DNA from: Mustelus asterias
Lineage: Eukaryota
Reading direction: 5' to 3'
Assembly (NCBI RefSeq): GCF_964213995.1
Contig: NW_027590154.1
Coordinates: forward strand, 434,001 to 498,000
DNA length: 64,000 nt
The notes under the pieces are model-generated. The model had not been told where the DNA came from. It was given only the letters and a program-made list of their open reading frames with translations, and did no database searches. Positions 48,893 to 61,439 of this stretch are shown in pieces. The translations under genes and the position numbers were made by a program. The stretch's first letter is position 1; each line of letters begins with the position of its first letter.

Positions 48893-49813
48893 TCATCTCC
48901 TTGAACAAATAGTAAATTGTAGAGATTATAAAGTTTGAATTGTAATATCTAATGGTGTAAAATATCTGGGAGCAGAGTGGGTGTGATAAAGGCTGGAATA
49001 CAGACTGTGGGAATGAGGGTGAAACTGCTGTGCTCAGTGAATGGTTCTTATTGGAGGGAGGGATGTAGCGGGATCTTCCTTGTTACTCCACTTACAGGCC
49101 GATGTTTGAGGGTCTGCCGATAGTTGTGAGTGTCTCTCTCTTACAGGCCTTGAAATTTCAAAGGCTGGGGAATGCTGCACTGGGGCAACTCCGCAGGAGA
49201 GAGAGCGCTGAACCAGGCTCACCGTTTATACCTGATCGGTAACCTGATACTTATATCACACAGCCATCCCAAAACCGCCACCAAGGCCTGAGTGGTACTC
49301 TCCCTTGTCAGTGGGACAATGGCCACCCTGCACCCACTCCACTCGAGTAGGTCTCCAAGAGAGAGAACAGAGAGACTCTGTTCTTTATCTCCTGACCAGC
49401 AGTCTCCCTTGTGAGTGGGTTCGAATCGCTCAGATCACCCTCGGTTCCAGACTCCGGATTTATGGTAAGGGATATTGAAACTGTGACCTCGTCAGAGTGC
49501 ACTGATGAGAGAACAAGAGGCAAGACAAACTCCAAATGAGTTTCAAAACTTACAGTGATTTATTTAACAATAAAATCAACCTCTTCAATACCCCACCACA
49601 CATGAATAAAACTTATACTTTATACTACACTATGGGAGAAATGCTAATGGGTACAACGTATTACTGAAGTTTAAAATTACAATACACCACCCCTCCCCTT
49701 GCCTCAACCTCTATCCGATCCTCAGGAGCTTCGCAAGGTTGGCTGGGATACTCACAATTCTAAAAGGGGTTCCTTTGTGGTCGGCTCAAATGTCTTAGTG
49801 CAGGGTCGAAACT

Positions 49814-50620
49814 GAAGAGAGCTTGGTCCTGCTGGTCTGCTTCTCAGCTTGTGATTCTGGAAGAGAGCTTGGTCCTGCTTGTCTGTGTCCCTGCTTGCGA
49901 TTCTGGAAGAGAGCTCGGTCCTGCTTGTCTGTGTCACTGCTTGCGATTCTGGAAGAGAGCTTGGTCCTGCTTGTCTGTGTCCCTGCTTGTGATTCTGGAA
50001 GAGAGCTTGGTTCTGCTTGTCTGTGTCCCTGCTTGCGATTCTGGAAGAGAGCTTGGTCCTGCTTGTCTGTGTCACTGCTTGCGATTCTGGAAGAGAGCTT
50101 GGTCCTGCTTGTCTGTGTCCCTGCTTGCGATTCTGGAAGAGAGCTTGGTTCTGCTTGTCTGTGTCCCTGCTTGCGATTCTGGAAGAGAGCTTGGTTCTGC
50201 TTGTCTGTGTCACTGCTTGCGATTCTGGAAGAGAGCTTGGTCCTGCTTGTCTGTGTCACTGCTTGCGATTCTGGAAGAGAGCTTGGTACTGCTTGTCTGT
50301 GTCCCTGCTTGCGATTCTGGAAGAGAGCTTGGTCCTGCTTGTCTGTGTCCCTGCTTGTGATTCTGGAAGAGAGCTTGGTCCTGCTTGTCTGTGTCACTGC
50401 TTGCGATTCTGGAAGAGAGCTTGGTCCTGCTTGTCTGTGTCACTGCTTGCGATTCTGGAAGAGAGCTTGGTCCTGCTTGTCTGTGTCACTGCTTGCGATT
50501 CTGGAAGAGAGCTTGGTTCTGCTTGTCTGTGTCCCTGCTTGCGATTCTGGAAGAGAGCTTGGTCCTGCTTGTCTGTGTCCCTGCTTGCGATTCTGGAAGA
50601 GAGCTCGGTTCTGCTTGTTT
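49814..50620. repeat. 46-bp minisatellite, about 17.5 copies
   Basis: Unit gaagagagcttggtcctgcttgtctgtgtccctgcttgcgattctg at exact 46-bp spacing. Confidence 0.97.
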
Positions 50621-51014
50621 GACTCTGAGCTCAATTTAACAAAAACACCTTCCCTGTCCCAATAGGTGATTTTCAAGGACAATGGGGCTTTCAATCACCG
50701 GCAGTTTCAGTTTAATTTAGTCAAGTCCACACACAAAAGGCTGGAACTGCCTTGACCCCCCCGTGGGTCGTTATTTCAATGTCTTCTGTGGATGGGCCGA
50801 TTTCTGTGGCCATGGACTCCCTGCTGGTCTGTTTACTGTCCTTTGTCCTTCTGATGATTCGATCACTGGTGTGTCTGCCTTTTTGGCCACTTGCATATTC
50901 AGGGGGCTCACACCTTTTTTTCTCTTAGCACAGTCCACCGACAGGTTATGTTTGTCCTGCCGAACCTTCTGGGAGGTTTTTATCAGCCAACAGCCAGAGT
51001 TGGCCACTTTTAAA

Positions 51015-51582
51015 CTGCTACGACAACGGATGAATGAACACCGCTCGACAATCACCAGGCAAGACTGTTCTCTTCCTGTTGGGGAGCACTTCAGCCGTCA
51101 CAGGCATTCAGTCTTGGATCTTCAGGTAAGCGTTCTCAGCCTTGACGACACACGACAGCGCAGAGTCGGTGAGCAGAAACTGATAGCCAAGTTCCGCACA
51201 CATGAGGACGGCCTAAACCGGGATGTTGGATTTATGTCACATTATCAGTAACCCCCACAGCTTGCCCCCTCGACTTGCAGAATCTCACTAGCTGTTCTGT
51301 CTGGAGACAATACACATCTCTTTAACCTGTGTTTAATGCTCCCTCCACCCACATTGTCTGTACCTGTAAGACCTGGCTGGTTGTAGGGATTCGCATTCTA
51401 ATCAGTATTCTGTAACTTGATTTTGTGTCTCTGTGCACTGTTTGAGAGCACATTTCCACTCCATCTGACGAAGGAGCAGCTTATGGTATTTGCTACCAAA
51501 TAAACCTGTTGGACTTGAACCTGGTGTTGTGAGACTTCTTACTGTGTTCACCCCAGTCCAACGCCGGCATCTCCACATCACT
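51015..51582 (+). mobile_element. Penelope-like element 3' fragment (GIY-YIG C-terminus)
   Basis: LRQRMNEHRSTI...VGEHF...EQKLIAKFRTHEDGLNRD plus pseudo-LTR. Confidence 0.88.
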
Positions 51583-51989
51583 TTTAAACTGTCAGGTTTC
51601 TCCTGAGTCCTTTTAAAATATGGAGGATTGCCCTGAAACTTACAGGGATGGGAGGAGGGAGAAAGGGATGGATGGTGAGAGGGAGGGATGGAGAAGGGAG
51701 GGAGAGTGAGGTGGATGGAGGGAGAGAGGGATGAATGGGGGTGAATGTGAGAAGTTGAAGTTTACATTTGAAGAGTTTCCCAGTCTCTCTGATCAGCTGA
51801 ACTGGGGAAGCTTTTGCGCAGACTGCACTGCTGCTGTTTCCCCTCCTGTCCACCAGAGGTCGCTGTAGGCCTCCCAGCTGCTGCTCCTCCCAGTGTCACC
51901 TCTTGCCCACTCCGGCCCCTCCAGTACACCTCACTGGAGCCCCGGGCCATTCTTGCCATCCTGCCAGGTCTCGGGTACTGAGGCCAGTA

Positions 51990-52280
51990 GTAAAGTTTAT
52001 TTATGAGTCACAAGTCGGTTTACATTCACACTGTAATGAAGTTTCTGTGAAAATCCCCCAGTCACCACACTCCGGCACCTGTTCGGCTACACTGAGGGAG
52101 AATTCAGCTTGGCCAATGCACCCTAACCAGTACATCTTTTGGACTGTGGGAGGAAACCGGAGCACCCGGAGGAAATCCACAGACATGGGGAAACTCCACA
52201 CAGTGACCCAAGCCGGGAATCGAATCCAAATCCCTGGCGCTGTGAGGCAGCAGTGCTAACCACTGTGCCACTGTACCACC
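51990..52280 (-). mobile_element. V-SINE (alternative tail)
   Basis: Reverse complement of the 7672-7960 type. Confidence 0.8.
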
Positions 52281-52914
52281 CAGTGCTCTAAGGTTAAGTT
52301 TCTTCTTCAAACCTAAGAAGATTCAGTGTCACATCAGGACGGGGAAAAAGGAGTCCATTGGCTTCAGATGGATAATGGTAAAAGTTAATATCCCAATTTA
52401 TTCACTTTATTCCTTCAAGCTGAGGTTTACAAAGTGAAAATTCCGCTGTTTATAGCAGTGACTAAATAAGCAATGACACTGATCCTATATTTAAATTAGT
52501 CTGGAATACACCACAATTTCACACAGGTTAACAGTTTTCAAGCATTTGGAACCCCAAATGTCTGCTGATGTGTCATCCAGAGCTGTTTCCCCGGCAGTTT
52601 GTGTCAATAGGAGGCTGCCGTTACCATCCACTCTTGGGCAGGGTGAGGAGACAGCTCCGACACCGACCTCAGCTGGAATGGGAATTGAACCATACATTAG
52701 TCCGCAGGCCAGCAATGCTGCAGGAATTGCAAAGGGGCTGCACAGAGGTCCAGAATTAGAAGAGGGGGTTGTGGAGATGGAGGAAGCGTCTGCAAGACAT
52801 GGGGACATTTTGGATTATCTCAAAATTACAGAATGTGGGAGACCAGTCAGGAATGTGTTGAAATTGTCAAGTCTGGCGGTAATGTGTGGATGTGGGATTC
52901 AGCAGCAGATGAAG

Positions 52915-53210
52915 GGCTGCACGGTGGAACAGTGGTTAACACTGCTGCCTGACAGCAGTGGGTTTCTGTGTACGTTCTCCCTGTGTCTGAGTTTCCTCTG
53001 GGTGCTTCCGTTTCCTCCTACATTCCAAAGATGTGCAGGTCAGGTGGATTGGCCATGTTAAATTATCCGTTAGCGTCCAAAGATGTGTAGGTTAGGGGGG
53101 TTAGCAGGGTAAATGCACAAGGGTACAGGGCCCATCGAGTCTGCACCGACTCTCCAACAGAGCATCTTACCTAGGCCCTATCCCCGTAACCCCACATATT
53201 TACCCCGCTG
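52915..53210. mobile_element. V-SINE (+) with inverted SINE tail piece
   Basis: Head gcacggtggaacagtggttaacac and degraded V-domain; 53130-53210 is reversed tail. Confidence 0.65.
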
Positions 53211-53231
53211 TTCCACTGTGTTACTTATTCA

Positions 53232-53968
53232 TAGTAAGAAGTCTCACAACACCAGGTTAAAGTCCAACAGGTTTATTTGGTAGCAAATACCATAAGCTTT
53301 TGGAGCACTGCTCCTTTGTCAGGTGGAGTGGATATCTGCTCTCAAACAGTGCACAGACACAGAAATCAAGTTACAGAATACTAATTAGAATGCGAATCTC
53401 TACAGCCAGCCAGGTCTTAAAGGTACAGACAAGTGGGTGGAGGGAGCATTCAACACAGGTCAAAGAGATGTGTATTGTCTCCAGACAGAACAGCTAGTGA
53501 GATTCTACAAGCCCAAGAGGCAAGCTGTGGGGGTTACTGATAATGTGACATAAATCCAACATCCCGGTTTAGGCCGTCCTCATGTGTGCGGAACTTGGCT
53601 ATCAGTTTCTGCTCAGCGACTCTGCGCTGTCGTGAAGGCCGCCTTGGAGAACGCTTACCTGAAGATCCAAGGCTGAATGCCCGTGACTGCTGAAGTGCTC
53701 CCCCACAGGAAGAGAACAATCTTGCCTGGTGATTGTCGAGCGGTGTTCATTCATCCGTTGTCATAGGGTCTGCATGGTTTCCCCAATGTACCATGCCTCG
53801 GGACATCCTTTCCTGCAGCGTATCAGGTAGACAACGTTGGCCGAGTTGCAAGAGTAGGTACCGTGTACCTGGTAGATGGTGTTCTCACGTGAGATGATGG
53901 CATCCGTGTCGATGATCCAGCACGTCTTGCAGAGGTTGCTGTGGCAGGGTTGTGTGGTGTCGTGGTCT
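53232..53968 (-). mobile_element. Penelope-like element with GIY-YIG endonuclease fragment
   Basis: Minus strand reads ANVVYLIRCRKGCPEAWYIGETMQTL, then RMNEHR and the pseudo-LTR. Confidence 0.9.
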
Positions 53969-53989
53969 AAATCATTTATTGTATTCTAT

Positions 53990-55400
53990 TATTCTAGCCC
54001 TCTCGACATGAATGCTAGCATTGCATTTGCCTTCCTAACTGCCGACTGAATCTGCATGTTAACCTTGAGAACAAGCACTCCCAAGCCCCTTTATGTTTCT
54101 GATTTCCTAAGCATTTTCCCATTTCGAAAATAGTCTGTGCCTCCATTCCTCCTTCCAAAGTGCATAACCTCACACTTTTCCACATTGTATTCCATCTGCC
54201 ACTTCTTTGCCCACTCTCCTAACCTGTTCAGGTACTTCTGCAGCCTGCTGCTTCCTCAATATTACCTGTCCCTCTACATATCTTTGTATCATCTGCAAAC
54301 TTAGCAACAGTGCCTTCAGTTCCTTCTTCCAAAACATTAATGTATATTGTGAAAAGTTGTGGTCCCAGCACCGACGCCTGAAGCACACCTCTAGTCACCG
54401 GCTGCCATCCTGAAAAGAACCCCTTTATCCCCACACTCTGCCTCCTGCCAATCAGCCAATCCTCTATCCATGCCAGGATCTTAAGCTTAGCACCATGTGC
54501 TCTTAACAGAATGAACAGTCTCCTATGCGGCACATTGCCAAAGGCCTTCTAGGGATCAAAATAAATCACGTCCACTGGTTCTCCTTTATCTTACTTCCTT
54601 GTCATCTCCTCAAAGAATTGTAAGAGATTCGTCCGACATGACCACCCCTTGACCAAACCATGCTGACTCAGTCCTATTTTATCATGCACTTCCAAGTATT
54701 CTGCAATCTCATCTTTCATAATTGACTCTATAATCTTGCCAATGACCGAAGTCAGGCTCACTGGCCTCCCTCCCTTCTTAAACAGCGGTGTTACATTCGC
54801 TACTTTCCAGTCCTCTGTCATTCCTGAAAGATCACTGCCAATGCCTCCACAATTCCCTCAGTTATCTCTCTTAGAATCCTGGCGTGTAGTCCATCCAGTC
54901 CAGGTGATTTATCCACCTTTAGACCTTTCAGTTTCCCCAGAACCTTCTCCTTAGTGATGGCCACTGCAGTCACCTGTTCCCCCTGATTCTCCTGGAGCTC
55001 TGGCATCCCCCTGGTGTCTTCCACCGTGAGGACTGATGCAAAGTAACGATTCAGTTCATCTGCCATTTCTTTGTTTCCTATTGTTACTTCTCCAGCCTCA
55101 TTTTGTCGTGATCCAATGTCTATTTTTGCCTCTCTCTTATCTTTTATGGATTGAAAAAAAACTCTTCCTGTCTTCTTTTATATTACTGCCTACCTTGCAC
55201 TCATATTTCATCTTTCCCCCCTTATTGCTTTTAGAGTTGTCCGCTGCTCGCATTAAAAAAAAAATCCCAATCCTCCAGCTTCCCACTAATCCTCGCCACT
55301 TTGTATTCTTTTTCTTTTGCTTTTATCTTGTCCTTGACTTCCCTCGTCAGCCGTGGATGCCTCGTCCTCCCCTTGGCATGTTTCCTCCTCCTTGGGATAG
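53990..55400 (-). mobile_element. CR1 RT fragment (copy 1 of tandem unit)
   Basis: ORF remnants KSPGLDGLH, QHGLVKG, FADD; duplicate of 58589-60015. Confidence 0.9.
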
Positions 55401-56091
55401 ACTCGGTCGCGGGGACATTGAACAATGAAGGTCGGTGAATTGCCAAAGTGGGTTAGCGATCAACGCTGAAATTGAAATTACAATTAACATTTTGCTGTCC
55501 TTCTCTCTCTCTCTCTCCCTTTCTTTCTCTCCCACTCTCTCATTTACAGCATTAGATTAAGTCATAAGCGTCTAGATTTTCGACATTGACAGTGGAGAAA
55601 TTGTCAGGAGGGAATGAATAAAGGAGGAGATATGAGAGCCGAGAGGCAGCTTGAATGCTTGTTGGATGTGCTGGGAAGTATGTGCGCGATATGAGATGTG
55701 GGGAAGAGGTGAAGAGGTTCGCGCTCTCTTGTGGCCGTGGCTGACATGATTGTGCAAGTTGAAGATTTTAAAAGTGCAGTTCCTGCCGTGAGCAGCAGGG
55801 AGCAGTAAAAGTGAGGTGGATATTGAGGAGGCAAAGAATGGGGAGAGTGAGGAAAGTGGGGATTGCAGAATGGTGCGGGTGAGCGTGCAGGGCTGGTGGA
55901 GAGTTGGTCAAAAGTGTGTGTCCATGTTTTGGTTTGCTTGCGTAGATTGATGTGGTGATAGCATTGGATGTGAGAGTGAATGAAAGGGGCAGCAGAGGGA
56001 GTGAGTGTGGAGGCAGGCAGAGAGGCATCCGGTTTGTCTGTATTGAGGGGAACGGCAAAATATTTTGTTTGCTGCGATTGAAGGTGTGGAG

Positions 56092-56389
56092 AAAAGGATG
56101 CGTCTCGCTGTATTGGTCAGGCTGCACTGCTGCTTCAATTCACAGGTGCCATCCCACTACTGAAGAGCACAGGGGATTTGACCTGCTCCGTTGCCGACCT
56201 GGGCCTGTTCACCCCTCCTTGGCACACCTGGTGCTCCCAGAGCCCTCTCGGAACACCATGCGGATACTGATCTTAGTGTGGACACCCGATCGGCACAGAG
56301 AGCAACAGCCCAGAACTCCCGACCTCAAGCAATCCAGCAGCCTCAGCCTCCCAGCAGCGGGGTTACAGGTGCGCGCCACAGCACCCGGC
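56092..56389 (-). ncRNA. RN7SL: 7SL / SRP RNA gene copy (full length, variant)
   Basis: Minus strand reads GCCGGGTGCTGTGGCGCGCACCTGTAA...GCCGATCGGGTGTCC...AAGGAGGGGTGAAC...CCCAGGTCGGCAACGGAGCAGGTCAAA...AGTAGTGGGAT...AGCGAGAC, collinear with vertebrate 7SL including the S domain; 298 nt ending in TTTT. Confidence 0.92.
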
Positions 56390-56814
56390 AAACGCAATCC
56401 TTGATTCAGCCGCTTTCAGTTCAAACAGCAGCAAGAGCTCGAATGCAGACATCACTGCAAATATAATCGGCTGCTTCACTGACTCAACTGACCATAATTT
56501 GAGGAAGCTTCAACATTGTGTGCTCAAGTGAGTCTAATTGACATCTTAAAATTAATTTGTGCGAATTTTTGTTTGTATTCATGGAACCTGTGTGAATATG
56601 TTCACTCAGTCCAGTCCTCAGCCCAGGTATCAGTGCCGATGAAAATAAGGAGCCGTTTTCTATGTTGGAATGGCACGCAGCAGCTCGGCTGTCTGCCCCT
56701 CAAATTCGCACGTTTACTGCGCGCATCACAGCAGAGTGGAACAGAGAACTTTCCTTTTCCAGATCTCTGAATGTGACGCAGTTTTTTGCCAAGTGGAAGC
56801 TCTGATACCAGAAG

Positions 56815-59800
56815 ACCATGAGACATAGGAGCAGAATTTTGCCAATTGGCTCATCGAGTCTGCTCCGCCATTTAATCATGGCTGATATTTTTCTCATCCT
56901 CATTCTCCTGCCTTTTCCCCAAACCCCTGATCCCCTCATTAATCAAGAACATATCTATCCCTGCCTTAATGACACTCAATGATCTGGCCTCCACACCTTT
57001 CTGCGGCCCAGAATTCCACAGATTCACCACTCTCTGGTTGAACAAATTCCTCCTCATATCTGTTTCAAATGATTGTCCCTTTAGCCTGAGGTTGTGCCCT
57101 CTGGTCCTAGTTTTTCCTACTAGTGGAAACATCAACACTGCACTCAGTGCGGGAACACGTAGATAACAAGGACACCTATGTCAGACTCCTATTTATTGAC
57201 CACAGCTCAGCCTTCAACACTATTATTCCCACGAAATACATCCCCAAACTCCATGGCCTGGGCCTCGGCATCTCGCGCTGTGATTGGATCCTGCACTTCC
57301 TAACTCACAGACCATAATCAGTAAGGATAGGCAACAACACTTCCTCCACGGTCATCCTCAACACCGGTGCCCCACAAGGCTGTGTTGTCAGCCCCTTACT
57401 ATACCCCTTATGATACCTATGACTGTGTGGCCAAATTCCCCTCCAATTTGATTTTCAAGTTTGCCGACGACAGCACCGTAGTGGTTTGGATCTCAAACAA
57501 TGATGAGACAGAGTACAGGAATGAGATAGAGAATCTCCTGAAATGGTGCGGCAACAATAATCTCTCCCTCCATGTCAACAAAACGAAGGAGATTGTCATC
57601 GACTTCAGGAAGCGTAAAGGAGAACATGCCCCTGCCTACATCAACAGGGATGAAATCGAAAAGGTCGAGCTTCAAGTTTTTAGGTGTCCAGACCACCAAC
57701 AACCTGTCCTGATCCCCCCATGCCGACACTATTGTTCAGAAAGTCCACCAATGCCTCTACTTTCTCAGAAGACTAAGGAAATTTGGAATGTCAGCTATGA
57801 CTCTCACCAGCTTTTACAGATGCACCATAGCAAGCATTCTTTCTGGTTGTATCACAGCTTGGTATGGCTCCTGCTCTGCCCAAGACCGCAAGAAACTACA
57901 AAAAGTAGTGAATGTAGCCCAATCCATCACGCAAACCAGCCTCCCATCCATTGACTCTGTCTGCACTTCCCACTGCCTCGGCAAAGCATCCAGCATAATT
58001 AAGGACCCCATGCACTCCGGACATTCTCTCTTCCACCTTCTTCCTTCAGGAAAAAGTGTCAAACGTCTGTACCAACCAACTCAAGAACAGCTTCTTCCCT
58101 GCTGCTGTCAGACTTTTGAATGGACTTACCTTGCATTAAGTTGAACTTTCTCTGCACCCTAGCTGTGACTGTAACAGGACATTCTGCACTCTCTTGTTTT
58201 CCTTCTCCATGAATGGTATGTTTTGTCTGTATAGCGTGCAAAAAACAATACTTTTCACTGCACGTTAATAGATGTGAGAATAATAAATCAAATCAAATCA
58301 AAATCAAAACATCCTCTTCATGTCCACTCTATCCAGGCCTCGCAGTATCCTGCAGGTTTCCCCCTCTTCCTTCTCAACTCCAACGAGTACAGAGCCAGAG
58401 TCCTCAACCGTTCCTCATACGACAAGCTCTTCATTCTGGGGATCATTCCTGTGAACCTCCTCTGGACCTTTTCCAAGGCAAGCACATCCTTCCTCAGATA
58501 CAGGGCCCAAAACTGCTCACAATAGTCCAAATGGGGTTTGAGCAGAGCCTTATGCAGCCTCAGAAATACATCCCTGCTGTTGCATTTTAGCCCTCTCGAC
58601 ATGAATGCTGAGCATTGCATTTGCCTTCCTAACTGCCGACTGAATCTGCATGTTAACCTTGAGAACAAGCACTCCCAAGCCCCTTTGTGTTTCTGATTTC
58701 CTAAGCATTCCCCATTTCGAAAATAGTCTGTGCCTCCATTTCTCCTTCCAAAGTTCATAACCTCACACTTTTCCACATTGTACTCCATCTACCACTTCTT
58801 TGCCTACTATCCTTACCTGTTCAGGTTCTTCTGCAGCCCCCCTGCTTCCTCAATACTACCTGTCCCTCTACATATCTTTGTGTCATCTGCAAACTTAGCA
58901 ACAGTGCCTTCAGTTCCTTCTTCCAAAACATTCATGTATATTGTGAAAAGTTGTCGTCCCAGCACCGACCCCTGAAGCACACCGCTCGTCACCGGCTGCC
59001 ATCCTGAAAAGGACCCCTTCAAGCCCACACTCTGCCTCCTGCCAATCAGCCAATCCTCTATCCATGCCAGGATCTTAAGCTTAACACCATGTGCTCTTAA
59101 CAGATTGACCAGTCTCCTATGCGGCACATTGCCAAAGGCCTTCTGGGATCGAAATAAATCACGTCCACTGGTTCTCCTTTATCTAACTTCCTTGTCATCT
59201 CCTCAAAGAATTGTAAGAGATTTGTCAGACATGACCACCCCTTGACCAAGCCATGCTGACTCAGTCCTATTTTATCATGAACTTCCAAGTATTCTTCAAT
59301 CTCATCTTTCATAATTGACTCTATAATCTTGCCAATGACCGAAGCCAGGCTCACTGGCCTCTAATTTCACATTTCCTGCCGCCCTCCCTTCTTAAACAGC
59401 GGTGTTACATTCGCTACTTTCCAGTCCTCTGTGATTCCTGAAAGATCACTGCCAATGTCTCCACAATTTCCTCAGTTATCTTTTTTAGACTCCTGGCGTG
59501 CAGTCCATCCAGTCCCGGTGATTTATCCACCTTTAGACCTTTCAGTTTCCCCAGAACCTTCTCCTTCGTGATGGCCACTGCAGCCACCTGTTCCCCTTGA
59601 TTCTCCTGGAGCTCTGACATCCCCTTGGTGCCTTCCACCGTGAGGACTGATGCAAAGTAACGATTCAGTTCATCTGCCATTTCTTTGTTTCCTATTGTTA
59701 CTTCTCCAGCCTCATTGTATCGTGATCCAATGTCTATTTTTGCCTCTCTCTTATCGTTTATACATTGAAGAAAACTCTTCCTATCTTCTTTTATATTAGT

Positions 59801-60015
59801 GGCTACCTTGCAATCATATTTCATCTTTCCCTCCCTTATTGCTTCTATAGTTGTCCTCTGCTCGCATTTTTAAAAATCCCAATCCTCCAGCTTCCCACTA
59901 ATCCTCGCCACTTTGTATTCTTTTTCTTTTGCTTTTATCTTGTCCTTGACTTCCCTCGTCAGCCGTGGATGCCTCGGCCTCCCCTTGGCATGTTTCCTCC
60001 TCCTTGGGATAGACT
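56815..60015 (-). mobile_element. CR1 3' half (copy 2 of tandem unit), interrupted by a Rex1-like element
   Basis: Tail at 56815; RT remnants in ORFs 58318-58788, 58813-59127 and 59414-59824. Confidence 0.9.
57134..58306 (+). mobile_element. Rex1/Babar-clade LINE, 5'-truncated RT
   Basis: [34 protein letters not shown]; (aaatc)n tail; TSD aaacatc (57127-57133 / 58307-58313). Confidence 0.85.
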
Positions 60016-60704
60016 CGGCAGAGGGGACATTGAACAATGAAGGTCGGTGAATTGCCAAAGTGCGTTCGCGATCAACGCTGAAATTGAAATTACAATGAAC
60101 ATTTTGCTGTCTTTCTCTCTCTCCCTTTCTTTCTCTCCCACTCTCTCATTTACAGCATTAGATTAAGTCACAAGCGTCTCGACTTTCGACGTTGACAGTG
60201 GAGAAATTGTCAGAAGGGAATGAAAAAAGGAGAAGGAGATATGAGAGCCGAGAGGCAGCTTGAATGCTTGGTGGATGTGCTGGGAAGTATGTGTGCGATA
60301 TGATTTGTGAGGAAGAGGTGAAGAGGTTCGCGCTCTCTTGTGGCCGTGGCTGACATGATTGTGCAAGTTGAAGATTTTAAAAGTGCAGTTCCTGCCGGGA
60401 GCAGCAGGGAGCAGTAAAAGTGAGGTGGATATTGAGGAGGCAAAGAATGGGGAGAGTGAGGAAAGTGGGAATTGCAGAATGGTGCTTGTGAGCGTGCAGG
60501 GCAGGTGGGGAGTTGGTTGGTCAAAAGTGTGTGTACTTGTTTTCGTTTACTTGCGTAGATTGATGTGGTGATGGCATTGGATGTGAGAGTGAATGAAAGG
60601 GGCAGCAGAGGGAGTGAGTGTGGAGGCAGGCAGAGAGGCATCGGGTTTGTCTGCATTGATGGGAACGGCAAAATATTTTGTTTGCTGCGATTGAAGGTGT
60701 GGAG

Positions 60705-61002
60705 AAAGGGAAGCGTCTCGCTGTATTGGTCAGGCGGCACTGCTATTTCTATTCACAGGTGCTATCCCACTACTGAAGAGCACAGGGGATTTGACCTGCT
60801 CCGTTCCCGACCTGGGCCGGTTCACCCCTCCTCAGCACACCTGATGCTCCCAGAGTCCTCTCGGAACACCATGCGGATACTGATCTTAGTGCGGACACCC
60901 GATTGGCATAGAGAACAACAGCCCAGAACTCCCGACCTCAAGCAACCCAGCAGCCTCAGCCTCCCAGCAGCGGGATTACAGGTGCGCGCCACAGCACCCG
61001 GC
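60705..61002 (-). ncRNA. RN7SL: 7SL / SRP RNA gene copy (full length, variant)
   Basis: Paralog of 56092-56389; retains GGTGTCCGCACTAAG and GAACCGGCCCAGGTCGGGAACGGAGCAGG; proximal terminator has only three Ts. Confidence 0.92.
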
Positions 61003-61439
61003 AAACGCAACCTTTGATTCAGCCGCCTTCAGTTCAAACAGCAGCAAGAGCTCGAATGCAGACATCACTGCAAATATAATAGGCTGCTTCACTGACTCAA
61101 CTGACCATAATTTGAGGAAGCTTCAACTTTGTGTGCTCAAGTTAGTCTAATTGACATCTTAAAATTCATTTGTGCGAATTTTTGTTTGTATTCATGGAAC
61201 CTGTCTGAATATGTTCACTCAGTCCAGTCCTCAGCCCAGGGATCAGTACCGTTGAAAATAAGGAGCCGTTTTCTCTGTTGGAATGGCACGCAGCAGCTCG
61301 GCTGTCTGCCCCTGAAATACACACGTTTACTGCGCGCATCACAGCAGAGCGGAACAGAGACCTTTCCTTTTCCAGATCTCTGAATGTGACGCAGTTTTTT
61401 GCCAAGTGGAAGCTATGATACCAGAAGACCATGAGACAT

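Noticed and set aside
49814-50620. CRISPR array, or repetitive protein from the many long ORFs on both strands
   Set aside because: Units abut with no unique spacers, there are no cas genes and the context is vertebrate; the ORFs arise because the unit lacks stop codons.
51640-51750. Purine-rich tract
   Set aside because: Ordinary low-complexity GA-rich sequence.
56300-56389. Primate Alu (human contamination)
   Set aside because: Similarity continues through the 7SL S domain absent from Alu, with no A-rich tail, and the flanks carry the same repeat families as the rest of the window.
55952-56404. Duplicated 150-aa protein ORF (also 60565-61017)
   Set aside because: Antisense to 7SL and conserved only because of the recent duplication.
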